A DNA stretch of 62,919 nucleotides, the filler included, from Octopus bimaculoides (Eukaryota): assembly GCF_001194135.2 (NCBI RefSeq). It is 5 parts of 5 records of this genome, joined end to end, with 100 filler letters (N's around TTAATTAATTAA, not from the genome) between each part and the next. Parts side by side here need not be neighbours in the genome. Positions count along the whole stretch, not along the records: positions 35,561 to 53,400 come from NC_069000.1; 4 more parts are not named here. One strand, 5' to 3'. The notes below the pieces were generated by a model, which searched no databases, was not told where the DNA came from, and was given only the letters and a program-made list of their open reading frames with translations. Positions 37,062 through 50,892 of this stretch are shown here, one piece after another; the stretch's first letter is position 1; each line of letters opens with the position of its first letter. A program made the translations under genes and the position numbers.

Positions 37062-38129
37062 ACACGCACACATATACTGATGCTGAATTGATAGAGCCTC
37101 AACTTGGTGTTCGCAGCGCTAAGAATAGCAATTAAAACTACCTGAAGTTACACCCTACCTTCTTAAAAAAAAAAAAGGCACATTTCATGAAACAGTCTTT
37201 GATAAACTGGGCCGAAATAAAGATGAGATTGTTACTACTAGAATTACTTTGGTTTTCGGTTTAATCGATCAGCGTTGAACAGCGGTTAAATGACTACATT
37301 AAATCTGGTTATGTAATTGCCAGATTTGCACGATTACATCATATATGCTAAGTTTCTTTCACACAAAATAGTTTGTGGATATTAGCTCCGAACAGATTCT
37401 TGTCTTTTGAGAAGTTCGAGGGTGACCTGTTCTTTAAAGTACGATTCACACATTTGTAATAGTTGCACTCATCTTGCTCGCCTAACATTCTAATCAGCTA
37501 ACTTGTGTATGTCGGCGCTCGACTTGCAAGAAATGGCATTCAAATCTGTCTGACTTGATTTTCTATTATAGTTTCGTTCAAATATAGGACGCTTTATAGA
37601 TAAATTAAATCGATACCAGTACTTGATGGGCAGTGTATTTTATTGAATCCATAAGGATGACTGGTAAAGTTGACCTCAGAGGGATTTGAACTCAACACAT
37701 AAAGTGTCGTAACTATCTTCACTGGCACTGCAGCAATTACAATTTTGTGAATACGTCGCACTCTATCGTTTTAAATAAAGGAAAAATACTCCTGGGTGTA
37801 CCCCTTAAAAAAAGAAAAGAAAAGAAAAACATGTTGTCACAGTTAGAAAGGCTTCAATCAGGGTTGACATGGCGCAAAATAACGACGGCAACAATGACGG
37901 TGAACGATGACAACGAATGTTCAGGTCAACAATAGAGGTGCGTTGCTAAGGATCGGTGTGGAAGCCGTCCATCTGACAGATGAACTGTCTTTTAACAATA
38001 ATCTTACAATCGACAAACAAGGAACCTCCATATGATCGCTTGACTTGCCAAAAATAGCTGGTAATTGCCTTTCAAATCACACTCTACAGACTTTAAAAAG
38101 GGAAGGACACAAATAATAGAAACCTAGAT

Positions 38130-38345
38130 ATTGATTTCAAATTCTGTCTCGAGGCCAGCAATTTCGGGGGAGGAGTAAGTCGATTACATCAACTCTAATA
38201 CTCAACTGGTACTTATTTTATCGACCCCGAAAGGATGAAAGGCAAAGTCGACCTCGACGGAATTTGAACTCAGAACGTAAAGACGGACAAAATGCCGCTA
38301 AACATTTTGCCTGGCATTCTAACGATTCTGCCAGCTCACTGCCTT
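38130..38345 (-). mobile_element. SINE family E, full length
   Basis: Consensus match. Confidence 0.9.
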
Positions 38346-39341
38346 ATCAAAATTCTTGATGTTACCCTCCATCAAAAAAAGGTGGGCTGGTTATGGATGT
38401 AATGCATTTGATCATAAACCTGCGCGATCAGGATTGATCTGGAATTAAACAACAATAATAACAGCAGCAACGTTCTTCGGTTATTTCGATCCCTTCCTTA
38501 GATTCATCTGTGTCCCTCTTTTCGCTCGTTGGCTGATATTGTAACAGTCTCTACTTATACCGAACTTATTGAACGTAAATTTACTTAATGCAGGTCTCTA
38601 TTTCCCAATTACAGGCCGGGCAGGAAATTTTGAATTAGATATTGCTATACTTATTATGCTAGAAAACAAAACAAAACAAAATGAGCGGATTGACCACGGC
38701 TGGAATACACTTGATCATAAATTTGCTTCATCAGAGCTGAAATAGGACTAATCAACGAATGCAACAACCTTCCAGCAATTCGTGTCTAACGAAGTATCTA
38801 TTCAGCTCGAGCTAAATAGACCCTGTGCAACCTTTCTTATTTATTCAGAAATTTAATCTTTTCCTTCAGGTGATTTTTTAAAAACACAATAACCTTCAAT
38901 AGTCAATAACAGCAATCTGTTTGCTCTTCTCTGTAACACTGGCTCTTGGTATCTCTTTTTACCTGTCTCTATCTGTTCGTCTCTCTTTCATATTCCTCGT
39001 TCCCGCCATTAGGAAAATATGTAAAGCAGCTATAAGTACAGCGCCCCTAGTTCCAAACATTTACGAAGAAAAAAGAAAATGGTTAGCAATGTCGCATCGC
39101 TGAAGCCGGTCTTTTGAGTAACATATATACGTAAGATGGGATGAAGGTGGGTAAGTAGGAAGGAAGGTAAATAGATAGGCCTGTAGTGTTAAAGCGTTTC
39201 GGAGAAGAAAACATTTCTGGTGCTGGAATAGGAAAAACAAAAAGAAAAAAAGGAACGTTGCAAGGGAAAAGTGTCAATTGTCTCACAAACAAAATCCGTT
39301 ATCACAAATGTACGTTCTGTAGTAAGATGTCCAGTATTTTA

Positions 39342-39376
<35 letters not shown>

Positions 39377-39639
39377 CGTGCGTGCGTTCGTTCGTTCGTT
39401 CGTGTGTGTGTGTGCGTGCATACGATTGCAGAGTAAAACAGACGGAAGGTCATTCAGAAGAAGCGAGGAACAAGGACAAAGAAGGGAGAAAACTGTCACA
39501 GTGAATACACAATGTAAAGAACACACACACGCACACATACACATACATACATACACATAACACACATTCATACATATATGTACACACATATACATACAGC
39601 TAGCAAATTAGATAAATTGGTAAATTGGTAAGGTAGGTA

Positions 39640-39686
39640 GGTAGGTAGGTAGATAGATAGACAAACGAACAGACGGATAGACATAC

Positions 39687-39739
<53 letters not shown>

Positions 39740-39826
39740 TGCATGGAAAGAGGAAAAGTGAATAAGAAAGATAATGAAAGATTGAGAATAGGTGAGAAAG
39801 GGTGAGATGGAAATAGATAAATAGAT

Positions 39827-39860
<34 letters not shown>
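39640..39860. repeat. (GGTA)/(GATA)n and (GA)n microsatellites
   Basis: Direct reading. Confidence 0.9.
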
Positions 39861-39864
<4 letters not shown>

Positions 39865-39929
39865 AATTGAAATCAAGAATTGCAGAGGTAAATCAAAGAT
39901 TTCTGTTGAATGTTATTGATGGTAAAGAT

Positions 39930-39964
<35 letters not shown>

Positions 39965-40636
39965 CATGATATGTGATAGCAGCAAGTGATGTTAATGCTA
40001 GCAGTGCTGGTATGACGGTAGCAATCTTATGGTGGTGAAAGTAGTATTGTAACAGTGGTAGTAAGGAAATATGAAGTAAGGAGATAATGTGGTGGCGATG
40101 GTATGATGGACAGTAAGATGATATTATGCAGATAGCAATTATATTGTAACGATAAAAGGGTTAAGGCTATACAGGTGGTATGGTACTAGAAATGGCATGA
40201 CTGACGTGGTGATACTGTAGCAGTTGAAGGTATGGCAATAAAGGTACTACAGGCAATTACGTTAGTGATGGTGTTGTGGGTTTTGACCCCACCTCCAAGT
40301 CAGCCCTAAGGTTGAGCAGAACTACGACCAAAGTCATAATTACTCAATATTGATTTTAGACAGCGTCAAACAATGGAATCAATGTTTTATGTCAGGCGGA
40401 AGAAGAGATGTATCTAACGTTTCAGGATGAACTCTTCGTTAGTGAGAGATGAAAACATGACAAATGGTTCTTTTGCCTGTAGCGTTAGACTTATTCGATG
40501 TCACGACTAAATTCATTCCACTGGTTCCTCAGAGTCTACTGTTTTACTATAATATAGTGCAGTGTTGAGAAGTCTATATTTGACGGATTTTGCTGTTTTA
40601 CTATAGTATAGTGTAATGTAGTCTATAAGTATAGTA

Positions 40637-41900
40637 TCAGGCTGAGTAAAAAGTAAGTAATCTTTTGAAACATGAAATCCATCACAATATGTTTCAACAA
40701 ATCGGAAATTTCATTCATCAAAGTAAATACCATTACAATCAACCCATTTTTGCCAACGAGTTACAAGTCTGTTTATTCTGGTAACATAAAAATCTGGAGT
40801 TCTGGAGCTGATGAACTCTTTGAATGCACTTTCAGCATCAGTTTGATTTTTGAACTCCTTCTCTCGTAGGAAACCATCAAGGAGCTTGTAAAAGTGGTAG
40901 TCGGTAGGAGAAAGGTCTGGGGAATAAACTGGGTGGGGAAGAACTTTGTAGCCAAGTTCCCTCAACTTCTGGAGCATCATTAGTGAAACATATGGTCAAG
41001 CATTGTCATGAAGAATGATTGGCTCTCTTCTGTTGACCAGTCTGGGACGGAGGAGTAGCAGTTTTTCATTCATTTTGGCAATTCCATGGCAATATGTTTC
41101 TGCAGTAATGGTTTTTCGGGGTTTTAAGAAGTTATAGTGGGTGAGTCCAACAGTACATCACCAAACAGTCATCATAACCTTCTTTTTGAAGAGCTTGGGT
41201 TTAGGGAAGGTTTTCGGTGCTTCATTTTGGTCCAGCTACTGTGAAGAACACTTTCTATTATTGTACAGAATCCACTTTTCCTCGCAAGTTACTATACGGT
41301 CGAGAAATAGATCGGTCTGGTTACGGAGAAGAAGCGACGAGCAAATTTCATATCTGCGCATTTTCTGATTTTTATTCAAATCGTGTGGTACTCATTTGTC
41401 GACCTTTTTTTTTAATTTTCCAATCGTATGCAAATGGTTGCAGGCAGTTTTCTGACTAATTTGAAGTTCTTTTGCCAGTTTTCGAGTAATTTTACATGGA
41501 ACTTTTTCAATGGCAGTCTTTAATTGACCGTCATCGATGACAGATGGGCGTCCACTACGCTCGTGATCTTCAAGGCTCAGGTTTCCACTGCAAAATCGTT
41601 TAAACCATTTCTGAGCTGACCACTCACTGGTCATTTCCTCACCAAACGTTTCGTTGATATCGCGAGCAGTTTCAGCTGCTTTACGTTCTTTTTTAAAGTT
41701 GAACAGCAAAATTGCTGTTCAACGCTTTGACCGTTACATTTCAGATGATTGCAAAAACGATGAAAATATATCAATGTTAATTTATTGATGCATTTCAGCA
41801 AGTTTTGCAGAAAAATGTTTTTAAAAAATTCAAAACTCTGCAAAAATCTGGTACAAATTCTTCATGGCTCAAAATGTTGCTTACTTTTTACTCAATCTGA
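40637..41900 (-). mobile_element. Full-length inactive mariner (Hsmar1/SETMAR-like, D34D) with TIRs and TA TSD
   Basis: TIRs tcaggctgagtaaaaagtaagtaa / ttgcttactttttactcaatctga, with TA at 40635-36 and 41901-02. Transposase motifs HTH..RSGRP, K*VPHDL, DRIVTCEEKWILY, ILHDNA, YSPDLSPTDY. Confidence 0.93.
40711..41709 (-). pseudogene. Mariner transposase pseudogene (several in-frame stops; first catalytic Asp reads Glu)
   Basis: ORFs 41392-41709 and 40711-40980 are the N- and C-terminal pieces; the WVPH Trp codon is TGA. Confidence 0.9.
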
Positions 41901-41902
41901 TA

Positions 41903-42262
41903 TTATACAGGTTTAACTGTTTATAGTCTAGTACAATGTAGTATGGTGTAGTCTTTTCTGATTCTACTGTTTTACTACAGTATAGCGTAATAGTTTAGTA
42001 TACTGCAGTGTAGTTGGATGTTTTACTCTAGCGTAGAATAGTGTAGAGCAGTGTAATGTAGTGTAGTGTAGTGTAATGTACTGTAGAATAGAATAGTTTC
42101 CTGGAATGCTACGGCTTTATTATAATAGTATACTGTAGAGCAGTATTTTGTGTAATGTGGTATAAAGATAATGTAGTACAGTATAGAATAGTTCGTCGGA
42201 TTCTAATGCTTTACTATACTATACTAATGTTTTACTATGGTATAATATAATATAGTATAGTA
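41903..42262. repeat. Degenerate (TAGTR)n minisatellite with recurring gattctactgttttactatagtatag; continues left of the mariner at ~40530-40634
   Basis: The same motif occurs on both mariner flanks. Confidence 0.75.
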
Positions 42263-42610
42263 TAGGCGCAAGCGTGGTTGTGTGGTAAGAAGTTTGCTGC
42301 TCAACCACATGGTTCCGGGTTCAGTCCCACTGCATGACATCTTGGTTTATATATATATATATATATATACATATATATATGTGTGTGTGTGTGTGTGTGT
42401 CTTTGTGTTGATCCCTCACCACTACTTGAAACTGCTATTGGTGTGTTTGCGTCCCTGTAACTTAGTGGTTCGGTAAAATCAACCAATAGAAGACTACCAG
42501 GTTTAAGATAAATACAAAAAAGAAGTACTGGGGTCAATTGATTCGACTAAAATTCTTCAGTGTGGTGCCTTTGCATGGCCGCAGTCAAATGACTGAAACA
42601 AGATATAGAT
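42263..42610 (+). mobile_element. SINE family D, full length
   Basis: Consensus match with internal (TA)n(TG)n. Confidence 0.9.
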
Positions 42611-42994
42611 ATCATATAGTATCGTACCGTATCGTGAAGTTTCCAAGTGTTTTACCACCCAAGACTAACATTATCTCATTTATCTTCCTTCTTTCAGAAG
42701 AGCGATTTTTACCCCAACTTTTTTTTTTCTTAATCCATCTCACATTCAGTAAAACATGTATGATGGTACGAGGCAGGTGGCTATGATAGCATGGTGGATG
42801 GTAGCTGGGAAAGCAGAGTGGATGGTAGTTATGGTGGGATGTAGTAGTGATGGTATCTTGGCTTATGGGCGTGGGTGTGTTGGTATGGCAGTTGGTAAAG
42901 ACATGATATAAGGGAGCTGATGGCATCAGTTATTAGTTATTTATTATGACATAGAGACGATGGCTTCAGGTAGATATAGTAATGTTTATAAGAT

Positions 42995-43217
42995 GGAAAG
43001 CGGTGAGCTGGCAGAATCGTTACCGCGCCGGAAAAAAAATTGCTTAGTGGCATTTATTCCGCTTAACGTTTTGAGTTCAAATTCTATCGAGGTCGACTTC
43101 ACCTTTCATCCTTTCGAGGTCGATAAAATAAATATCACTTGAACAAATGGGATCGATGTAACCGACTAGCCTCTTCCCCCGAGATTGATGGCCTTGTGCC
43201 AAAATTTGAAACCAATA
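42995..43217 (+). mobile_element. SINE family E, full length
   Basis: Consensus match. Confidence 0.9.
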
Positions 43218-43549
43218 TTTACGCGATGGTACCGATGGTATGGGTGTGAGAAGTTTCCTATAACAGGCAGATAGTGAAGAGTGGATGTTGTAGGGGTAGT
43301 AATGCGATGGTGGTAGGGGCGATGGTAAGGGAAGTAATGGTATGGTGGTATTGATGATGGTAGTGCAAAGGTGTGACTGTAATATTTATAGAAGTAACAG
43401 TAGTAGTCGTAGTAGAATAGTGGCAACATGATGGTGGTGGCGGGGCTGGTAGCAGTGACAGTGGTGATAATGGTTGTATATAGTGATTCCTAACATAGAT
43501 AAACGGTTACATATTGCTTGGGAGGGTGGTGGAGGTGAGAGGTCAGTCT

Positions 43550-45030
43550 TCACTGGTACTTTACTTTAATGCCATCTCAATCGACCTCTGTGGAATCTGA
43601 ATTCAAAGCGCAACTAAATGCTGCAAGGTATTTTTGCCAACGCTGTACCAATTTCAACGTCCTTGAGATGGTTATATAATGACTGTTATTGAGATCTATA
43701 GTCAGCAGAAAACTATAAAATTGTCGAGGGAATGAACAATCAATTAAATCGATTAATCAGTGTTTTAATTGATATTTATTTTATCGAGCCCGAGGGGGGA
43801 AACACAAAGTCGATCTAAACAGTATTTGAACTCATCTACCTACAGCAGGATAATTTAGCCGATGTTCTACTCGTTCTGCCACCCTATCGACCCTTTACAA
43901 TCTATTCATTCAACTGACGATCCATTACTACTGGATGAAAGCCTCAGCATACCATTGTCGGTTTAGCTATCTATACTGGTTGTAGGTCTGCCGCGTCACA
44001 CTCACCAACTGCAGGATCAACGAGATGCATGTGGTTGTGATTAACCCAAGCCATCAGTAACTAAATGGAATTTGAACCTAGAACGCATAGAGCCGGAACA
44101 GATACCATAAAGTATCTCATCAAACACTAATTCAATTAATCTGCCGAATTGGACAGGTTATTTCCTTTTATCGACTCTGGAAGTATGAAAGGTAAAAGAC
44201 TGACCTCGGCAGGATTTGATTTCAGAGTGGCAACAGCCGGAACAAATGTCGAAGGGTATTCCATCCAATGCCCTAACATCTTTGATAACTTCCCACTTTT
44301 ACAAACGGAGATGAATACAAAAACATTTAAAAAAGATAACAATAAAATCCAACAGCCTCTTTCAGCTGTTTTCATTCTTAATAGCATCTTAGAGCAACGG
44401 TTCCTAAATGACGCGTTGCAAGGGATATCTAGGTGTGCTGCGGGTTTTTAAAAATATAGAATCCTTAGTAAATAAACTCTAATAGCTGTGTGCCATGAAA
44501 ATTTTGTTATACATAAGTATAATTGATAAAACAAGATGAAGAATAGTTTTCTTTATTTTTTCTAATTTATTTAATTTTAAAACGGTTATATTTTTAAGTT
44601 TACCAGGCGAAAAATGCAAGTCACTCTTAATTTGCCATGAGAAGTGGACAGTAATTTTTAACTTGATCTCCAGTGATCCCTTACGTAAAAGATTATTTTA
44701 GAACCATTGACTTAAACAATCCCTAAAATCCAACGAAAGAGCCTCTGCGTATTCAGTAGACCTGATATAATAAGTAACCAAATGCCTTGATTTTTGCTCT
44801 GCCGTCTTCAAAATAAATGAATTACCTACTTATCAGCGGTCTATTTAGATCTCTGTTATAATGTCATTCACATCTCGGGATGTTTTATGAGAATACTTAT
44901 GTTATTGCTTACTCTTGACTGGTACTATATTTTATCGACCCCAGAAGGAAAGTTGTAGACTTGGAGGTATTTGAACTCAAATCTAATTTAATATCGCAAA
45001 ACCATTTAGCTCGATGCTCCAGCAGTCCTA
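43550..45030 (-). mobile_element. Cluster of at least 4 degenerate family E SINE copies (~43550, 43690, 44155, 44915)
   Basis: Recurring ttttatcgac(c/t)..aaagtcga..tttgaactca motif. Confidence 0.55.
44395..44709. mobile_element. Decayed hAT(Charlie)-like MITE
   Basis: Ends caacggttcctaaa / ttttagaaccattg; imperfect 8-bp flanks tcttagag / acttaaac (5/8). Confidence 0.5.
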
Positions 45031-46431
45031 CTAATTTGATCAGGGTTGACTTGAGCCTATATAACAGTAACAGCAACATCAATAACGTTTAATCTGTTTA
45101 ATGGAATGAGGGTAAGTCGTCAGGTCAGCTTACTTTGCAAGTCCATTGCACTACATCGAAGAGAGAACCTTGCAGGAATGCCCCAATGAGCCATTGAAGT
45201 CTTACGGGTACTGAAAGGACAATTTTATTTGTTAGTATTCAATCAGTTCTGTTCAAATAAACCTTATGGTACCACTAATGCCGGGTTTAAGCATATGCTA
45301 AATAAGCTACAGCTTGGGGACGTATAATCCATAAGGACCTAAGTCATAAACTAACCTAAAAAGCATATGTTTTCAAATTGTGTAAAAGTTGGGATAATAT
45401 TTTTAACAAGAGGCTTCAAAACATTATATACTTTAAGGCCTCACTAAGTGTAAATCCGACACTGGCTATCAGAGATAAACGATAGAACCGTAAGTTCAGC
45501 ACCCTTAGATATGCACACCCACCACAACACTACCATTAACACCATCAATACTAAATATTTGCGGTGTCAATTCAGGCTACACTTCATTATTTAATGTGTT
45601 TTAACGACAATATATACAATCTTTCTAGCAGATACATTCTTGATCATAACTTAGGCAGACACCTATGATCAACAAGAAATCCAGCCGTGACCAATATTAT
45701 TATTTTTATTTTCTCAGACAGTGCATTTTAGGATCACATTATCCAGTATGTTTTCTTTACTGTTATAAGACATATGATCTTCAACCCATCTTACCAGTTT
45801 CGGAGAGTCTGCGAAGTACATGGGAACAACCCATCCTCCAGAACAAACCAACACACACATACACAAAAGAGTAGTATGGTGTGGCTATAGAAAGAACATA
45901 TAGTTAGTATACTTCCGCAATTTTTAAGATAGCAATATTTTCTACGGGGGATGGGGATTTCAGGATTCCCGGGAGAAACTTGAGGGCTCCCATNNNNNNN
46001 NNNNNNNNNNNNNNNNNNNNNNNNNNNNNNNNNNNNNNNNNNNNNNNNNNNNNNNNNNNNNNNNNNNNNNNNNNNNNNNNNNNNNNNNNNNNNNNNNNNN
46101 NNNNNNNNNNNNNNNNNNNNNNNNNNNNNNNNNNNNNNNNNNNNNNNNNNNNNNNNNNNNNNNNNNNNNNNNNNNNNNNNNNNNNNNNNNNNNNNNNNNN
46201 NNNNNNNNNNNNNNNNNNNNNNNNNNNNNNNNNNNNNNNNNNNNNNNNNNNNNNNNNNNNNNNNNNNNNNNNNNNNNNNNNNNNNNNNNNNNNNNNNNNN
46301 NNNNNNNNNNNNNNNNNNNNNNNNNNNNNNNNNNNNNNNNNNNNNNNNNNNNNNNNNNNNNNNNNNNNNNNNNNNNNNNNNNNNNNNNNNNNNNNNNNNN
46401 NNNNNNNNNNNNNNNNNNNNNNNNNNNNNNN

Positions 46432-46479
<48 letters not shown>

Positions 46480-47364
46480 TGTGTGTGTGTGTGTGTGTTC
46501 TATTTGGAGTAAGTCAAACAGTTGTACAATGGTTCTTTCTCTGCCTTGTATTGTTGTTGTTTAACTTCTTGTTAACCCCGAACCAGAACACCCTGTGATA
46601 GAAAGCATTCTAGAAAATGATGTGGTACAATTATAGAAAGAACATTTGGTTACTATATTTCCACTATTTTTAAATCAGGAAAGAATTTCAATTTCTCAGC
46701 GAAAGAGGAAGGGAAATTTGAAGAGACCAGGGGAAAATTTGACAATATATGTGCATATGGGTGTAGCGAGAACAATTGGTCAAGGAGTGGGGTAGTAATA
46801 AAATACAAAACAGACTAGCAAATAAGAAGGCTAAGAAACACCGGTAAACCTGAAGCCAAGCGGTTATATAATAGCTCTTTCTTTGAATGGTTGTGTTAAG
46901 TTCCAGGTCTAACCACGACCATTCCATCTTTGTGGGTGTTACCTCATGCTACATATTCAACGTGTCAGTTTTGTTTTATAAGACAGTAGAGTAGCAATGC
47001 TGAACCTTCGACACGTGGGTTAACTGCGACACGTTAAGGGTTTCAAGTGCGATATGGTGGCCTTTGGAAAATAAATCTTCCTGCAATATCATACTATAAA
47101 AGCTATAGGCATGTATATTAAAATAGATTATCTTAAAAAAAGCAAAAAACATGCATACCTTTAAGTGATTTACCAATCACAGGATTATTAAAGAAATTAA
47201 AACATCGATTAAGTGGGCTAAAAAAAGGTTTGCCATCAATGCGCTACGGTGTCATATAAATGGGATTTGGCTGTTATTTCTGGTGAGCCGAACGACCACA
47301 TAAAGGCTCTCTGATTGGATCTGTTGTTGTTGTTGCTTTGCTGCTGCTGTCATCGTTGTCGTTG

Positions 47365-47575
47365 TAGTTTGACCCAAGATCGGCCATGATCGAGCAGATC
47401 TAAAGGCGTTCCACTTCTGACTATCCTGCTTTTTATTCAGTCATAATCATACTCTTTTTTTGGATTACTCTATCCAATGCGCCTTTCTCCTTTTAAGACA
47501 ATAAAATGACATTTAGGGGACATGGCTACTATTTCTAGCTAGTGGAGTAACCATTTAGAAGCTCTACCAGTAGAA
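47365..47575. mobile_element. Representative copy of ancient unclassified repeat family F
   Basis: Motif tgtgatttgagggagatttggctgctatttctagca recurs, degenerate, near 13470, 26590, 38050, 47270, 47600, 49320, 49760, 56870 and 58620 in both orientations. Confidence 0.65.
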
Positions 47576-48259
47576 CGTATTTTGTGCCAGTCGTTACAAA
47601 TAGCAGCCAAATCTTCCTCAACACTACGCGTTTTAAAAAGAAAAAGAAAGAGAAACGTTGGGTATCATAGCCTTAGATACACGGTTTGAAATAAAGAAGG
47701 GAAGGGTCACGGTTAGAACGCCATTGATCCATAGGTTTGCTCATTTAGAGATCATCAAGTGCTAAATAACAATTGGAATACATTTATTGTTTGTCTGAAA
47801 TGTGTGGGTGGACAGCATAATAGTCTTTTGGTGCTGTTGTAGTGGGTCTGTTGGTACCAGTTTTGTTATAGTGGAAAAGTACAGTGAAACCTACGCTAGC
47901 TTAGGCATGTCCAAAGAAAAGAGAAAACTCGGCTACCAAGACAAATACTTTACTTACATACAGCTGGGTAGCGGTACGAAAAATCAGGGTAGACCCGACT
48001 GATACAGGGGTGTGATTAAACACAAGATGAAGGGATTAAACTTATATCTTTAGTGGGATCACAGCAGCTCAGTGTAGAAACCTGTAAAGGAGAAAGAGCC
48101 ATTTATGATCTACGATTCGTGACTGGACATATGTGACTGCCATTATCAGTATCAACGTTGATAATGAGACTAATGTTGTTTTGCCCCCATATCAGTCATT
48201 ATCGAGTAGCCCAGTGATCCAAAGCTTGTAACTATTCCCAGTTTTCGTATGTGTAGAAC

Positions 48260-48315
48260 CAATGGTGAGTTGGACCGGTTCCCACCGATTCGCGCGAACC
48301 GGTTGTTAAATCGTT
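48260..48315. mobile_element. Possible hAT-MITE end fragment
   Basis: caatggtgag..ggaccggttccc..gaaccggttgttaaat resembles hAT MITE subterminal GAACCGG motifs; no partner end found. Confidence 0.3.
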
Positions 48316-49887
48316 TTAAAATGAGAACTAGTTATTAACAATTTCTTGAATGCCGAAGAGAAACATAAGGGGAAACGTTAAACAGTTAACTGTGTCCCAG
48401 AATAAATGACTTCGCACGCCTGCGCTCGCAGTTCATTCACTTCTTTATATGTTTAGAAGTGCAAGTGAATTACAGTGTTTGCTGCACAAACACTGTAATA
48501 AGATTGCTTAACATTCATTATTTCCTTGATGAGAGTGAGGAAACGTGCATGAGTGTTTACCGATGTGTGTGCATGTGTGTGAATGTGAGAACGTGTATAT
48601 GGATGAATTTCTGAACGTAGGTGTATGTATGTGTATATGTAATTGTGTCTTTGCATATGTATTCTAACACCCTGCCTTATCTACTGTGTTGCCTGTGCCC
48701 CAGTGCCATCAACCTTAAAATCTTCTCCCGTAATCTGTTATCGGAATTGTGTCTCAGTTTGTGGTTTGCTTGATGTATTGTACCTATTTACTTTCTGGTC
48801 TCCCTCAAACCTCCCCTCTACAATTTAATCTGTCACCTTGATAGCAATTTTTTCTGTGGTTGTTTGTCGATGTCTAGATAATCACCTGCTCAGCTTCCTG
48901 GTTCTACTCCGTTCTCTTCACTTTCATGGCGTCTTATCCTATCACGCAATCTCTCTTTCTTGGTCAGTCATCTCCTCCCTTACTAAACAGTTTCTCAACT
49001 TCAGTTTTCTTCCTTTATTTTCAAACTTCCAAACGAAGGACTTGAGCAACGAAACATTATTACATTCAACAATCTTCACGGCGTTTTATTTTTGCTGGTC
49101 CGTCAAGGGTTGAATTTTGCTCGCAGGAGAGGTATTTTGCACCCTATGGTGTAAAGGTTTCCTCGTTGTTATTGTCGCCTAATTCCAGGCCATACCTAAT
49201 CAAGATGACATATTCCAGTTGTGACCATCACATTTTATTTTCAGAGAGTGTATCTTGAACGTCATTCAATGAACGTATCATTTTTTTAAAAAAAAGTGGA
49301 AATATGTGCTTTGAGGAAGATTTGGTTGCTATTTCTAGTATGTCAAGAGACCACTTACAGGCATCCTCGTTATTGTTGTTGGTTGGCCTGAGGTGATATT
49401 TGAGCAACAAAAAAACCTACGGTCATAGACATTCCAACGTAGCAGTTTCCCCTTTTTTTTCAGAAGTATAAGACGTAATCATGTCTTGTGTGTCCTTCCT
49501 TATTTTTAAGACGGTGGGGGTCATTTGAAAGATTTCTCCGCTTCTTCCTGTGGTTGCTGTTGTATTATGTAAGCTATTGCAGTTGTTTTTGTTGCTTGTT
49601 TCTGCGGTTGCCCTTACAGTTCCAATGACACCGTTGTTACTGTTGATTAACCCTTCTCTTCCAGATCATATGACAAAGGCATTCCAGATGTATCTAGGAC
49701 TAACCACATTATCTAACATGTCCTTCCTATACAGTTTTAAAGACGGCACTGAAAGAAATTTTGGTTGCTACTTCTAGCAAGTCCAACAATTAATTGGAGG
49801 AGCCTCCCCGAGCAGTCTCGCAATAACAGGTGGTGCTGCAATAACTAAAGCTATTTCGACTCTACTACTACTACTACTACTACTACT

Positions 49888-49931
<44 letters not shown>

Positions 49932-50111
49932 AAAGTGGTAGTGATGTGGATAGTGATAAAAGTAGTAGTAGTTTTAGTGATGGTAAAAGTAGTTTTAGTG
50001 GTAGTATTGTAATTGTTGTTGTTGCTGTTATGGTCATAGTGTGCCTATATTTATTAGTACTAGTTGTCATATTGTAGTTGCATATTTTGCTATAATACTT
50101 CTATCTGTTGA

Positions 50112-50147
<36 letters not shown>

Positions 50148-50842
50148 GGTGGTGGTGGTAATGATGGTAGTGGTAGTAATAGTAGTAGTAGTAGTAGGGG
50201 GAGGGGAGAGTTGTAGTAGTAGTAGTAGTAATAGCAGCAGCGGCGATTATAGTACATAACACACACATACATATGTATGCGCGTGTATTAGCACTTAAAT
50301 GTGAAAAAAGAGGAAAGAGTACTCAATACTGAAGGCAGTGTTCTTTCTTCTCATTCTGTCTGCCTTTCTTCTTGTCTTTCCGTCTCTCTCTCTCTCTCTC
50401 TCTCTCTCCACCCTCTCTCTCACTCCCTCTTTATATGTGTGTATGACTATAAGTGTGTGTGTGTTTGTGTGTAGATAGATATTATATAACTCGACTTTCA
50501 GCATAAATTCTTATCCTCTTGTTCAGACTTTGGTGTTTGGTACATTATAAACACAGACGTTTAGATGTTATCCATCCATCCATCCATCCATCCATCCATC
50601 CATCCATCCATCCATATGTACGTACGTACGATCTGTGCACATGAATGGTGTAGTTTCGCTTTAGTAGTGGTAGCGGTGGTAGTTTTGTTGTTATTGATAC
50701 TGCTGCAGTGGTTTAGGTTGTAGTAGTAATAAGTCGTAGTCGTTGTTCTTTAGCCCAAGGCAAGCTTTGATAGAGCAGACATATGATCAGTGACGTTCTA
50801 CCTTACTCGTACAGTTTTATTTTTGAGAAATCGTTCCTCTAC

Positions 50843-50892
50843 AGGAAGGACTCGTTCGATAATAGAGTTCTATTATCGAACGAGTCCTTCCT
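50843..50892. other. Perfect 24-bp-arm inverted repeat with a 2-nt spacer, followed by T8
   Basis: aggaaggactcgttcgataataga-gt-tctattatcgaacgagtccttcct. Confidence 0.95.
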
